A stretch of 20,820 bases of DNA from an uncultured Thermococci archaeon (GCA_964487115.1 CAZAPD010000098.1:1-20820), one strand, 5' to 3'; counted from the stretch's first letter, positions 8,115 to 17,910 are shown. Numbers and translations: made by a program. The notes: generated from the letters alone by a model not told the origin.

Positions 8115-9590
8115 ATGAGGATAAGGGCTACTATGAGTCTCCTTGGTGAGATACTGATGCTTCTTGGCGCAACCCTCGTTCTACCCATGATAGTCGCTAT
8201 TCACGATAAAACCTCTACAGCACCCTTTTTAATTCCTCTTTTTCTGAGCATTCTTATAGGTTTCATTCTCCGTTCTCTTGATAAAAATCCACAAATAGGG
8301 ACTAAAGAAGCCTTTCTCCTCGTTTCAGTCGCATGGCTTGCGGTGGCCATTGTGGGGGCACTTCCATATATACTCTCAGGTAAGAGTTCTCTTGCAAACC
8401 CAGTTAATGCACTTTTTGAGAGCATGAGTGGATTCACGACGACAGGAGCAACGGTTTTGGATAACTTCAATACACCGTCAAGAGCAATAATGTTCTGGCG
8501 ACAACTGATTCAGTGGCTTGGAGGCATGGGGATAGTCGTTCTGGCAATAGCAATACTACCCAGACTCAGTGTTGGAGGAGCTGAACTCATGAGCCTTGAA
8601 GCTCCGGGACCTCAGCTCCAGAAGCTCACGCCCCATATACGTAGAACAGCCAGAATCTTCTGGATAATCTATGTAAGTCTGACAGGACTTGAGACATTGA
8701 TCCTTTCTGTCCTGCATTATCTTGACATGGCACCAAAAATGACACCCTACATGGCACTTGTCCACTCTTTCACCACAATGAGCACAGGTGGCTTTTCCCC
8801 ACTAGCCCTCTCGATAAAAGCCTTTTCTCCTGCTGTTCAATGGGTTATAACAGTTTTTATGATACTTGCAGGTGCAAACTTCGCCCTCTTCTGGTATCTG
8901 CTTAGAGGAGACTTTAGAATAGTTAAAAATGAAGAATTCAGATGGTATGTAGGGATACTTTTCATCCTAAGTATTATACTCGTCCCGATGTTAATGAAGC
9001 AATATAATTTCACTCCGCTTACAGCTTTCAGACAAGCACTTTTTCAAGTTGCCGCAATAGTCACAACCACAGGTTATGCCACCATGGACTTCGCAAAATG
9101 GATCCTACCGGCTCAGTTCATTCTTTTTGTAGCCATGTTCATTGGAGGCTCCAGCGGCTCTACTGCAGGCTCTATTAAAGTTGTCAGATGGATAATAGCA
9201 ACTAAAACAGCCACAAGAGAGCTCTTTACATCCTTCCACAATAATGCCGTTAAATCTGTGAAACTCGGGGGAAAAGCTGTCAGTGAGCGCTCTATTAGAG
9301 GAGTTCTGGCCTTCATAGTACTTTACTTCGCTATCTTTTTTATCTCCTCTCTGATAGTGGTTCTCAATGGAACAACCACAGGCCGACCGATATCCTTAGC
9401 CAGTTCAATGAGTGCTGTTGCAGCCACACTGGGAAACATAGGGCCGGGTATCGGCTCAGTAGGGCCGATAGCCAATTACCTGATATTCCCTGCATCAACC
9501 AAGATTCTTATGTTCCTTCTCATGTGGCTGGGAAGGCTTGAGATAATAACTGCAATCGTGCTTTTTACGCCCAGATACTGGAAGTGGTAG
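8115..9590 (+). CDS. trkH: Trk K+ uptake membrane subunit
   Basis: Four filter motifs (FESMSGFTTTGAT, MSTGGFS, TTTGYA, LGNIGPG), plus WLGGMG, GSTAGSIK, WLGRLE. Confidence 0.93.
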   Translation: MRIRATMSLLGEILMLLGATLVLPMIVAIHDKTSTAPFLIPLFLSILIGFILRSLDKNPQIGTKEAFLLVSVAWLAVAIVGALPYILSGKSSLANPVNALFESMSGFTTTGATVLDNFNTPSRAIMFWRQLIQWLGGMGIVVLAIAILPRLSVGGAELMSLEAPGPQLQKLTPHIRRTARIFWIIYVSLTGLETLILSVLHYLDMAPKMTPYMALVHSFTTMSTGGFSPLALSIKAFSPAVQWVITVFMILAGANFALFWYLLRGDFRIVKNEEFRWYVGILFILSIILVPMLMKQYNFTPLTAFRQALFQVAAIVTTTGYATMDFAKWILPAQFILFVAMFIGGSSGSTAGSIKVVRWIIATKTATRELFTSFHNNAVKSVKLGGKAVSERSIRGVLAFIVLYFAIFFISSLIVVLNGTTTGRPISLASSMSAVAATLGNIGPGIGSVGPIANYLIFPASTKILMFLLMWLGRLEIITAIVLFTPRYWKW

Positions 9591-9597
9591 TCTGCGA

Positions 9598-9897
9598 CTA
9601 TCTCTTTTTCCACTTCTCCATGAAACCTCCAATTTCCTCTTGGACTCTCTCCCTGTCTGCTTTGTCAACGATGAGAAAGACCTCCTGAACTGAGCCGTCG
9701 CTTTTCGCTATCAGCTTCAGCCCGGTGGCTGTTTCTCTTGAAACCTTTATCTCAAACCCTCTTGAGTCGCTTGCGTAGATTCTCCCGGGAATTACCTTCT
9801 TAACTCCTGGAATATTAGCTATCTCTTCGAGAGGTTTTTCAATACCTTTAAGGAAGTGGTGTTCTCTTTTGACTCCTCGTTTGAAATGTCTGGGCAT
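9598..9897 (-). CDS. DUF2103 family protein
   Basis: GVKREHH, VKKVIPGRI, TGLKLIAKSDGSVQEVFLI. Confidence 0.7.
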   Translation of the reverse strand: MPRHFKRGVKREHHFLKGIEKPLEEIANIPGVKKVIPGRIYASDSRGFEIKVSRETATGLKLIAKSDGSVQEVFLIVDKADRERVQEEIGGFMEKWKKR

Positions 9898-9922
9898 GTT
9901 AAAAATTCAACCATCACAGCTT

Positions 9923-11083
9923 TTAGCGTTTTCTCATGAGCAGGACAAAGAAGCTCAGGAAAATTATCGAACCCGGACCGCATATTTTATTCCCCGTCTT
10001 TGCACTGGTAGTTATTGTTGAATTCGTTTCCCTCGACAAGGTTTCCGTATGTGAAGGTTTTTCACTCTCTGCATGATATGAACAGCTTTTCCTGATTGTT
10101 ACATTCATCGCTAGCGGCCTGAAGTAGCTCCCTGTTGGGAGGAAAAGGGGAGCAGGCCTGAGGGTGCCGTTGTAGAGGAAGGCATAGACAGGTCTGAAGT
10201 CGTCGGGTTTAAAGTCATAGAGAACAAAGCCCGAGCGGGATATAATTGAAGAAAAGCCCAAACTGCTCTCAAAGGTTCCGTTATCAATGCAGTAGGCATA
10301 GCTCATTATGGGGGGCAGGATAAGCAGATAGTCTCTCATAAAGACCCCTATCAGCAGTTTTAGCTCCCTCGCATCGTAGAGATACGGCAGAAGCTTTTCC
10401 GATGGAATTCTATAAACCCTGCTGCCGTTTGAGAACACCAGTGTTCCGTTTTCAAGCTGCCCTTCCGCCGTTGAAGGGTGTTTGCTCTCCATAAACTTCC
10501 ATGTACTCACAGAGGGAACTTCAAGAATACCTGCTGGAGTCAGGTTAAACATTTTAGTACCATTTGGACAGCTCACTACGAGGTTTTCAGAGCTCAGATC
10601 AAACGTGCATCTTGGAACCACCGTTATTGAGCCTATTTTTGTCATGCTGCCACCAATGTAGTATATATTAAGCTCGTTGGAAGTCCCGGCGGCTATGTAG
10701 GGGAAGACAAACTTAGCCCTTCCAATAAATTCTCCAAGCTTCTGAAAGCATCCATTGTGGGCTCTGTAAATAACATTTCCAGTTAACAAATATGTGCCAT
10801 TTCCTGCGGAAAACGCAGTAGGATTATAGACATAACGCACATAATAAACTCCGCTGGAGTTGGCATAGAGAATGATATAGTGACAGCAGTCCGCTGGAAC
10901 CTCGTTGTAGCAGCACGGCTGGGGAGCACAAAGAGGATCTATCATAGTTGGCGTCCATTCGATGACTATGAGAACATCATTTCCGCTGCCTACAATTGAC
11001 GAGTAGGTATAGCTGAACCCATCAGCTGATGCCAGCGGTGCAGTGAGTGCAACCAGAAGAAGCACGAGGAAAAAGCGATTCAC
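9923..11083 (-). CDS. Secreted surface protein with CGP-CTERM sorting signal
   Basis: N-terminal signal peptide (MNRFFLVLLLVALTAPLASA), S/T-rich linker, C-terminal ICGPG + hydrophobic helix + RKR; GTG start with SD GGTGGT. Confidence 0.85.
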   Translation of the reverse strand: MNRFFLVLLLVALTAPLASADGFSYTYSSIVGSGNDVLIVIEWTPTMIDPLCAPQPCCYNEVPADCCHYIILYANSSGVYYVRYVYNPTAFSAGNGTYLLTGNVIYRAHNGCFQKLGEFIGRAKFVFPYIAAGTSNELNIYYIGGSMTKIGSITVVPRCTFDLSSENLVVSCPNGTKMFNLTPAGILEVPSVSTWKFMESKHPSTAEGQLENGTLVFSNGSRVYRIPSEKLLPYLYDARELKLLIGVFMRDYLLILPPIMSYAYCIDNGTFESSLGFSSIISRSGFVLYDFKPDDFRPVYAFLYNGTLRPAPLFLPTGSYFRPLAMNVTIRKSCSYHAESEKPSHTETLSRETNSTITTSAKTGNKICGPGSIIFLSFFVLLMRKR

Positions 11084-11140
11084 ACAACCACCATATCTAT
11101 TATTTACACAAAAATAAAAATATTCTGGTTGGGTGTAGGA

Positions 11141-12850
11141 TTAAGCCCTCTTCCTTACCTTTACGGCAATGCCCCTTCTCGCTTTAACCATCTCCTCACC
11201 GCTTAGAAGGGCCTTTCCAACACCGATCACTCTCTCATCTCTCACTATGCCAACGATATCATCGGGCCTTATTCTCTCGTCAGCCTCATCAACACCGATG
11301 GCAAAAACATCTCCCCTCAGCTCAAAGTCTATCTTCACCCAGTATGCTCCTGCTGCCTCATAAATCCTCTGCATTCCGTATGGGGTGACGCTTATCACTC
11401 CATCTCTAAAGGTTCCTGTCTGCTTCCCATTCACAAAAATCCTGAGCATCCTTGAGCCTTTAACTTGGGCATCATCTGGAAGAACGGCATCTCCTGCTCC
11501 AGCACCGAAGTAGAAGTCAAAGACTTTTCTGATGTTCTCTCTGAAGCGATAAGCTTTATCTTCTTTAGTTCCATTGATTTCGAATTCCTTTAAGGTCTCT
11601 GTGAGAGAATCGAGGCTTTTTCTACTCGTCGTGCCGTTTTTAACATTGGTGAAGATGATCTCCCTTCCGGTCATTTCTCCAGCTCTTTTGGCTATTTCGA
11701 CATAGGCCTCGTCAAGATGTGCTATTACAGGAATGTTCTCCGAATACTTCTCAAGAGTTTTTGCAAGCAATTCTGCAGCGGGTTTGATTTCCTCCTCACT
11801 CCAGTGGCCGGTTACAACTATATCGTATTTTGCCAGCCACTCCCATTCTCTCGGCACAACACCGAAAGGAGACGTCAGAATCAGCTCATGGATTCTGTAG
11901 ATTCCAGACCCCAACACCTCTTTTAATACCTTTCTGTAGAGGGTGTGGCTTCTTGACCTTGAATAAGGCTTTTTAGCAGAGCAGGGAAGGAGAACCAGCA
12001 GATCAACATTTTTCGGCGGAAAGAAACGCTTTCTAACCCGAGAATGCCATCTGATAACTTCAGGCCTTCTTATCGAGGCATCGCTTATGAAATAAACCGT
12101 TTCCCTTTGTATGGGCGTATATTTTTCGAGATAATCCGCGTGCTCTATGTCAGCTATCCTCAAAATTCCAGCATGGCTCTGGGTATGGAAGAAGTTTTCC
12201 ACCAGATAGCGGAGTTTTCCTTCCCTGAGGGCCTTCCTGATTAGGAATATTGTTTTTTGCGCATATTCGATTGAATTACTTTCTTCCCCCCATAGAATGG
12301 GAGAATAGGGTGTGAAGCCTTTATTATGGAAATCGTAAAGCTTCAGCGAGCGTGTATCAAAGGCATCAACGCCGAGATAGACCGCCAGCGGATAGAAGAA
12401 AGGCTCAAGATCTGTTATTACCATCATGTTCGGGTCTAATTCACGAATTAAATAAAGATTCTGAAGAAATCGTCTGTAGTCTTTAATGGCAACTTTGGAA
12501 TTACCCAAATAAACCGCATCAAACCTATTCATTTCCAGAATATTCTCAATGAATTCCTTCAGATACTCTACATGTCTCAACATCGGTACATAAAGAGTGT
12601 TGAATTTTGAGTAGTCAACCTCATAAAGTTTCTCAAATGCCTTCTCAATGACCTCTGGAGGTGTGTAAAAGCTTATTGGAATTGAAGGGGCAAGGATAAA
12701 ATCATAACTGGAAAAATCTTTTGAGTGGAAGTAGGAGTTAAAAGGAGACAGGGTAAAATCTAACCCAGCCAAAGCAGGAGTTCTAAATGATTTCTCATCT
12801 AACCGTACTATTCCGAGCCTCCCAGGCCCTTCATGCTTGAGGATTTCCAT
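11141..12850 (-). CDS. arcS: Archaeosine synthase alpha subunit (TgtA2, with C-terminal PUA domain)
   Basis: TGT-like N-terminus (GPGRLG, YLGVDAFD), signature LLPCSAKKPYSRSRSH, TSPFGVVPRE, YDIVVTGHWS, PUA domain (ADERIRPDD...GVGKALLSG). Confidence 0.9.
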   Translation of the reverse strand: MEILKHEGPGRLGIVRLDEKSFRTPALAGLDFTLSPFNSYFHSKDFSSYDFILAPSIPISFYTPPEVIEKAFEKLYEVDYSKFNTLYVPMLRHVEYLKEFIENILEMNRFDAVYLGNSKVAIKDYRRFLQNLYLIRELDPNMMVITDLEPFFYPLAVYLGVDAFDTRSLKLYDFHNKGFTPYSPILWGEESNSIEYAQKTIFLIRKALREGKLRYLVENFFHTQSHAGILRIADIEHADYLEKYTPIQRETVYFISDASIRRPEVIRWHSRVRKRFFPPKNVDLLVLLPCSAKKPYSRSRSHTLYRKVLKEVLGSGIYRIHELILTSPFGVVPREWEWLAKYDIVVTGHWSEEEIKPAAELLAKTLEKYSENIPVIAHLDEAYVEIAKRAGEMTGREIIFTNVKNGTTSRKSLDSLTETLKEFEINGTKEDKAYRFRENIRKVFDFYFGAGAGDAVLPDDAQVKGSRMLRIFVNGKQTGTFRDGVISVTPYGMQRIYEAAGAYWVKIDFELRGDVFAIGVDEADERIRPDDIVGIVRDERVIGVGKALLSGEEMVKARRGIAVKVRKRA

Positions 12851-12855
12851 CGGAG

Positions 12856-13758
12856 CTACACCAAGTTGTATCTCTGCAACAGTAGGAGCTCATCCAACGT
12901 GAGTTTTTCGCCACGTTTGAACTTCTCTAAAGCTTCAACTGCCTTCTCGAAGCTGCTATCTCTTCTTGCCCTCATTCTTGCAACCATTTTGTAGGCTATA
13001 AGCTCCTTGTGCTTCTCATCGAATTCCATAATCTTCTTTTCAACTTCTCTGAGCTCTCTCTTGACTTCCCACATCTTTTTTCTAAGCTCAACAACTTTGG
13101 CATGATACTCGTCGGCTTCCTTCTTTATCTCGTCGGCTTGATTAAATGCCTTTATCATCTGCTCATGGAACTGCTGGCTCTGATTTGCAAGCTTCTGTAT
13201 TTCCATGCTTATTGCTCTCCTCGCCTTCTTAAGATTCTCGACTTTCTTTCTGGCTTCCTGAAGCTTCTGATGGAATCTCTCGGCCTGCTGTATTATCTCA
13301 AGCTCGGTAGCTAAAACCTGGATTTGATCAACTATCTGCTTTTCTCTTTCGGGGGTTATTGTGGGATTTGTTTGCAGCTCCCATTCGAGTTTCTCTATTC
13401 TCTCCTGTATTTTTTCGCTCGGCATTTTTAATCTGCGAAGTTGGTTATACTCATCTCTCTTAGTTCTATATTCAAGAATTTCCTGATAGAGAAGGTCAAG
13501 TTTGGCATTTATTTCCTCTCTGTTCTTTTTGAGTTCTTGAATCTGTTTGTTAATCTCATCACGTTTAGCCTTGAACTCCCGAGCTTTCTGCCGGAGCTGT
13601 TTTACTTCATTATTCTTCTCATCTCTCCTCTGTACCCATATGTTCAGCTCCTTCTGGAGTTCATCCAGTTTCGCCTGAATCTCCTTCTTTTCTTTTTCAA
13701 GCGTTTCAATTTCTGCCTTTATCCTCTTAATTTCTTCTGGATCTACTTTCACTTGCAT
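12856..13758 (-). CDS. Archaeal coiled-coil protein (COG1340)
   Basis: Continuous heptads, LEWELQT...PEREKQIV, C-terminal EKFKRGEKLTLDELLLLQ; 5 nt upstream of arcS. Confidence 0.8.
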   Translation of the reverse strand: MQVKVDPEEIKRIKAEIETLEKEKKEIQAKLDELQKELNIWVQRRDEKNNEVKQLRQKAREFKAKRDEINKQIQELKKNREEINAKLDLLYQEILEYRTKRDEYNQLRRLKMPSEKIQERIEKLEWELQTNPTITPEREKQIVDQIQVLATELEIIQQAERFHQKLQEARKKVENLKKARRAISMEIQKLANQSQQFHEQMIKAFNQADEIKKEADEYHAKVVELRKKMWEVKRELREVEKKIMEFDEKHKELIAYKMVARMRARRDSSFEKAVEALEKFKRGEKLTLDELLLLQRYNLV

Positions 13759-13885
13759 GGTCTCTTCCCCTTCCCTAATTTTAGAACAGGTTCCGATCAG
13801 ATTAAAGCCCCAGCTATTTGAAAGTTAAAACTAAATAAAAACTTTTTGGCCAAATAATGAGAAAAGTAAAAGGGATGTGCGGCAA

Positions 13886-14725
13886 TTATGCCTTCTCCTG
13901 CTTCACAGGATAAGGTATGAATTCAACAGTTCCCCTTTGCTTCATAGGCTGTTTGTAAAGCTCCATAAGTGCATAAACCTCTTCAGGAACTCCTGTCTCA
14001 ACGTGAAGGCCCAGCTCTTTGGCATGTTCATATGTAATCGGGTAGTCATGTGTCCATCTGCCCTCTGTAAGAACTTGTGCCAGCTCCTTTGCTTTCTCTT
14101 CCCCATATCTATCCTTTAGTATTCCGTAGAGGAAATCCCTGACTTGATTAATAGCCTTTTCAGCGACATCTGCCAAGATGAGGGTTTGATCATCAACCTT
14201 ATCAACACCCTTCTTCTCCACAGCCCTCACTATGCTCGGTCCGGGATACTGACCTAATTGAGGATCAACAGGCCCAAGAACCGCATGGGGATCCATAATT
14301 ATTCTATCAGCTGCTAAGGCAATTAATGTTCCACCGCTCATTGCATAGTGAGGAACTATGACCCTCGTTTCAGCCGGATGATCATGTAATGCTTTGGCTA
14401 TCTGAGTAGCTGCTAAAACAAGTCCTCCTGGTGTATGTATTATGAGATCAATAGGCTTATCCTTAGGAGCAGATCGAATTGCCCTGAGAATTTCCTCACT
14501 GTCCTCCATGCTGATGAACTTGTAGAAGGGTATGCCGAAGAGGCCAACACTCTCCTGCCTGTGTATCATTGTTATGACTGTTGATTCTCTCTTCCGTGAG
14601 AGTCTTTGAAGTATCCTGGCCCTCGCTACCTGCAAGCTCCTGTACTGCATCTGGGGCCACAGCAGGAGATACAGGAAGAACAGCCACCAGATCAGTGACC
14701 CAAAGAAGCCGCTCAACGGATCCAT
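13886..14725 (-). CDS. SDH-family Clp-fold serine protease (DUF114), membrane anchored
   Basis: N-terminal TM, IIHTPGG, AMSGGTLIALAAD (Ser), LGPVDPQ (Asp), WTHDYPI (His); ATG 14725 after SD GGTGA. Confidence 0.88.
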   Translation of the reverse strand: MDPLSGFFGSLIWWLFFLYLLLWPQMQYRSLQVARARILQRLSRKRESTVITMIHRQESVGLFGIPFYKFISMEDSEEILRAIRSAPKDKPIDLIIHTPGGLVLAATQIAKALHDHPAETRVIVPHYAMSGGTLIALAADRIIMDPHAVLGPVDPQLGQYPGPSIVRAVEKKGVDKVDDQTLILADVAEKAINQVRDFLYGILKDRYGEEKAKELAQVLTEGRWTHDYPITYEHAKELGLHVETGVPEEVYALMELYKQPMKQRGTVEFIPYPVKQEKA

Positions 14726-14773
14726 TGCTATCACCAGAGTAAATAGGGGAAAGGGATATTTATAGGTTTGGTT

Positions 14774-15721
14774 TTACTTCCTGACAACCTGTGTTCCTGT
14801 TTTTCTTTTGAGGGCTTTTGTTGCTTTGTCTAATGAGGCTATGATGGCTCTTTCGCCGCCCCATTCGACGAATCTTATTGCCGCCAGAACTTTTGGCCCC
14901 ATGCTTCCTTTTTTAAAATGTCCCTCCTCATAATAACGCTTTAACTCCTCAACATTAACTTCTCCAAGCCACTCCTCATTCGCCGTCCCATAATTCAAGG
15001 CAGCTCCATTAACGTCAGTTAATATCATGAACACGTCAGCATTAACCTCCTCCGCCAACCTCTCCCCAGCCAAATCCTTATCAATCACTGCCTCAACACC
15101 CTTTAACTCACCGTTCTCCTCAATAACAGGAACACCACCACCCCCACTGGCAATAACAATAAACCCCCTCTTAACCAAATCCTTAATCACAGGCGCCTCA
15201 ACATGCCCCTTCGGGTCAGGACTTGGCACAACCCTCCGCCAACCCCTACCAGCATCCTCAACAACCACCCAACCCTTCTCCTTCGCCAGCTTTTTAGCAG
15301 TCACCTCATCATAAAAGGGGCCCACGGGCTTACTCGGATTCCGAAAAGCCGGATCATCCTTATCAACAAGAGTCTGCGTGACAATCGTGACAACAGGCTT
15401 ATCAACACCCCTCCTAAAAAGCTCATTCCTCAAAGCCTGCTGAATCATATAACCAATCTGCCCCTGAGTCATTGCACCAGCAACATCCATAGGTTGAGCC
15501 GGAATACCATGCAAAACCTGTCCCGCGTCCATATGCAAGAGCAAAGCCCCAACCTGAGGCCCATTCCCATGAGTTATAACAACCTCATAACCCCCATCAA
15601 GAACAATATCCACAATCTGCCTCGCAGTCCTCACAACATTTCCCATCTGCTCCTCATAACTACCCCTCTGACCACGTTGAAGAATAGCATTACCCCCCAA
15701 AGCCACAACAACCCTCCTCAT
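14774..15721 (-). CDS. arcC: Carbamate kinase (CK-like carbamoyl phosphate synthetase, cpkA)
   Basis: [53 protein letters not shown]. Confidence 0.95.
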   Translation of the reverse strand: MRRVVVALGGNAILQRGQRGSYEEQMGNVVRTARQIVDIVLDGGYEVVITHGNGPQVGALLLHMDAGQVLHGIPAQPMDVAGAMTQGQIGYMIQQALRNELFRRGVDKPVVTIVTQTLVDKDDPAFRNPSKPVGPFYDEVTAKKLAKEKGWVVVEDAGRGWRRVVPSPDPKGHVEAPVIKDLVKRGFIVIASGGGGVPVIEENGELKGVEAVIDKDLAGERLAEEVNADVFMILTDVNGAALNYGTANEEWLGEVNVEELKRYYEEGHFKKGSMGPKVLAAIRFVEWGGERAIIASLDKATKALKRKTGTQVVRK

Positions 15722-15843
15722 AACACCACCTCCGTAAATGGAGAATGGGCTTTAAAAAATAAAAGTCTTCCTTAGCAATAAAGAAGGATTTATAGAAAAA
15801 ATTTCGGAAAAATACGCTTAGAGCTTGCATTTTTAAAAGGAAA

Positions 15844-17106
15844 TCATAAATACCACTCATTAAACCTCCCTAACCCAAGTTTCTCTAAGATTTTCATTAC
15901 CCCGAGGGCTATGCCGTCTATTTCAATACCCCCTTCGCCTTTATACGCATCCCCCACAACATAAACATCTTCGATTGGAAACTCTCCCACACTCTGGCCG
16001 GAAGCTACCCGATTTACCGGATTTCCATCAAGGTATGTCTGAACAAGGAGGATCTCCCCTTCTTTATCAAAATCAGGAAAAATCCTGTAGATGTCTTCAA
16101 TGCCAAGCTTCTGTTCTTTCTTAATGTTTTTTGATTTCAGTGCATGATGAAGCATCACAAGGATATATCCTTCCCGGGTGAGTTCCGGGTTTATCGAGCT
16201 CGGTTCATTGTAGCCGTTTATCCTCTCGGTATCAAGTGTGAAAACCACGGTATTGCCTATTCGCGCCTTTCCTCTCAGGGCTACATTGTATTTTATCCCC
16301 TCACTGGGTTTAAGTTCATCAAGGCCCCTCAGATAATCTTTCTCAAAATAATCCCGCCCAAAGAGCTCAACGGTTTCCTTAATCCCAATGTTGGAAATCA
16401 GGACATTATATGGGAATTCCCCCCCATCCTCTGTTACAACCCTATCCCCATCAATTTCCACAGCCTTCTTTCCCAGTAGAATTTTCCCACCATTTTTCTC
16501 AACAATCGCCGCAATACTGTGAGTCAATGCTTTACATCCGCCTTTAATCAGTCCCGGCCCTCCCCACCTCAAAGTGGCTTTTATCTCCCTCGCAAGCTCT
16601 ATTGCTGGAACGTCGGTAATGCTATCGGCCCAGCCAAGAAAGCTTCGTATGAAAAGCTCCACAAATTCATTTTCCCCTATCCTCTCTTTAATCCATTCAA
16701 CACCACTCATTTTGGCCTCTTCTCCGACAGGAAGCTTATTTCTTTTTATCCCGGCCAGTAGCTTAACTGCTCTTGCCTTTTCTCTAAAGCTCAAATACTT
16801 CCACCCGTCTCTGTAGTGAAATAGTTTCCCTCTGTAGAGAATCATGCCCTTCGGTTTTGAATTAACTATCCTGACATTTGCCTCAAGGAGATTAAGGAGA
16901 TAAGCCAGAGGGCCGTCGGCACCGTGAGGAATCATGTGAAATGCCCCCGTAGAAAGGCCGAAGCCTCTGTAGTTTAAGTTTGTGCATCTACCACCTATGA
17001 AGGGAGATTTCTCAAGAATTGTTACTTCATAATCATTTTTTGATAAAAATGACGCCGTCAGGAGACCGCCGATTCCAGAGCCTATCACAACAGCCTTGGC
17101 TTTCAT
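15844..17106 (-). CDS. FAD-dependent oxidoreductase, phytoene desaturase family (COG1233)
   Basis: VVIGSGIGG, LEKxxxIGGR, LSTGAFHMIPHG, GGCKAL, YVVGD. Confidence 0.8.
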   Translation of the reverse strand: MKAKAVVIGSGIGGLLTASFLSKNDYEVTILEKSPFIGGRCTNLNYRGFGLSTGAFHMIPHGADGPLAYLLNLLEANVRIVNSKPKGMILYRGKLFHYRDGWKYLSFREKARAVKLLAGIKRNKLPVGEEAKMSGVEWIKERIGENEFVELFIRSFLGWADSITDVPAIELAREIKATLRWGGPGLIKGGCKALTHSIAAIVEKNGGKILLGKKAVEIDGDRVVTEDGGEFPYNVLISNIGIKETVELFGRDYFEKDYLRGLDELKPSEGIKYNVALRGKARIGNTVVFTLDTERINGYNEPSSINPELTREGYILVMLHHALKSKNIKKEQKLGIEDIYRIFPDFDKEGEILLVQTYLDGNPVNRVASGQSVGEFPIEDVYVVGDAYKGEGGIEIDGIALGVMKILEKLGLGRFNEWYL

Positions 17107-17331
17107 TTTACCACCATTCCGGAATTAGCAGGAAAGAATATAAGGGTTTAGCTATTGCATGATTATGCAACCCATTACTCTGCTTTCTTTTCATTCATTC
17201 TAAGAGTAAAACTTAGCTTGAAAAAATTTATACTTGAAAAAAACAAAGAGAACTTACTTCTAATAAAAAGAAAAACTTACAAGGACAAGTTGTTTAAGTG
17301 GTAATGCAGGAACTTATAGGAGGTGAATCCC

Positions 17332-17910
17332 TTGAAGTGGAAGTCATGGTTTGCAGTCCTAATGGGACTTCTGATGATTGGTTCAAGTTTGATATTTGTT
17401 GGTGCAAAATCTTTTGTCTCTCAATCTGTGGGAATCTACGATCCACACCCAACATTTAAAGATGACCTGAAAGATGCAATATCAATCTCGGCAGGTGCTG
17501 GAAGTCTTGAGGGGAAGGTATTCATAGGAAACAAAACTCTTCCAATAGAGAAGCGTTTTTCATTGGTTAATTGCTAGGACTTCAGGGGAACATTTACAAA
17601 AATGGGACAATATTCTTATTCCTTAAGGACAAGCAGGGGGGACTGTTATTTATTCAAATGTACAATCCGGGTATTCCCCTTAAACTTTCAAAGTTAAGCA
17701 TTTCTAGTGAGAATATTGATGAAAATGAATGGCTCTGGAAATTGGGCCCCACAGTAGTCAGGACAAAAACCATGACAAAGACTATGGGAAGTTCTATAAA
17801 ACCCTACGGTCCTGATAGCTCCGGATTAGTTACCTCTTTCTTTTGAAAGCCTCGCCCTTCAGGGCGGGGAAGAGGTCAGGTCAATCACGACAACACCAGT
17901 TAGTCGTTGA
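17332..17910 (+). pseudogene. Frameshifted, truncated secreted protein of the Thermococcales 'MKWK...LLM' signal-peptide type
   Basis: SD GGAGGTGA (17319-17326), TTG start 17332, signal peptide KWKSWFAVLMGLLMIGSSLIFVGA. ORFs 17323-17577 and 17571-17846 join if one base is added near 17570. The second ORF ends at an IS-like end; possible C-terminal remnant SITTTPVSR* at 17881-17910. Confidence 0.6.
17845..17879 (+). mobile_element. Solitary right end of an IS200/IS605-type (TnpB-encoding) element
   Basis: GAAAGCCTCGCCCTTCAGGGCGGGGAAGAGGTCAG: GC-rich hairpin CCTCGCCC-TTCA-GGGCGGGG followed by a purine tract and GTCA(G). This resembles archaeal tnpB element 3' ends as I recall them. No tnpA or tnpB is present. 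Confidence 0.7.

Noticed and set aside
12856..13758. SMC/Rad50 ATPase or phosphoserine phosphatase
   Set aside because: No Walker or HAD motifs; pure coiled coil
15203..15775. 190-aa plus-strand ORF rich in P/T/N/H
   Set aside because: Antisense shadow of arcC; the skewed composition removes stop codons
17850..17869. GC hairpin as an intrinsic terminator or CRISPR repeat
   Set aside because: No directly adjacent U-tract, single copy, and the flanks match an IS-type end; no spaced repeats seen in the window
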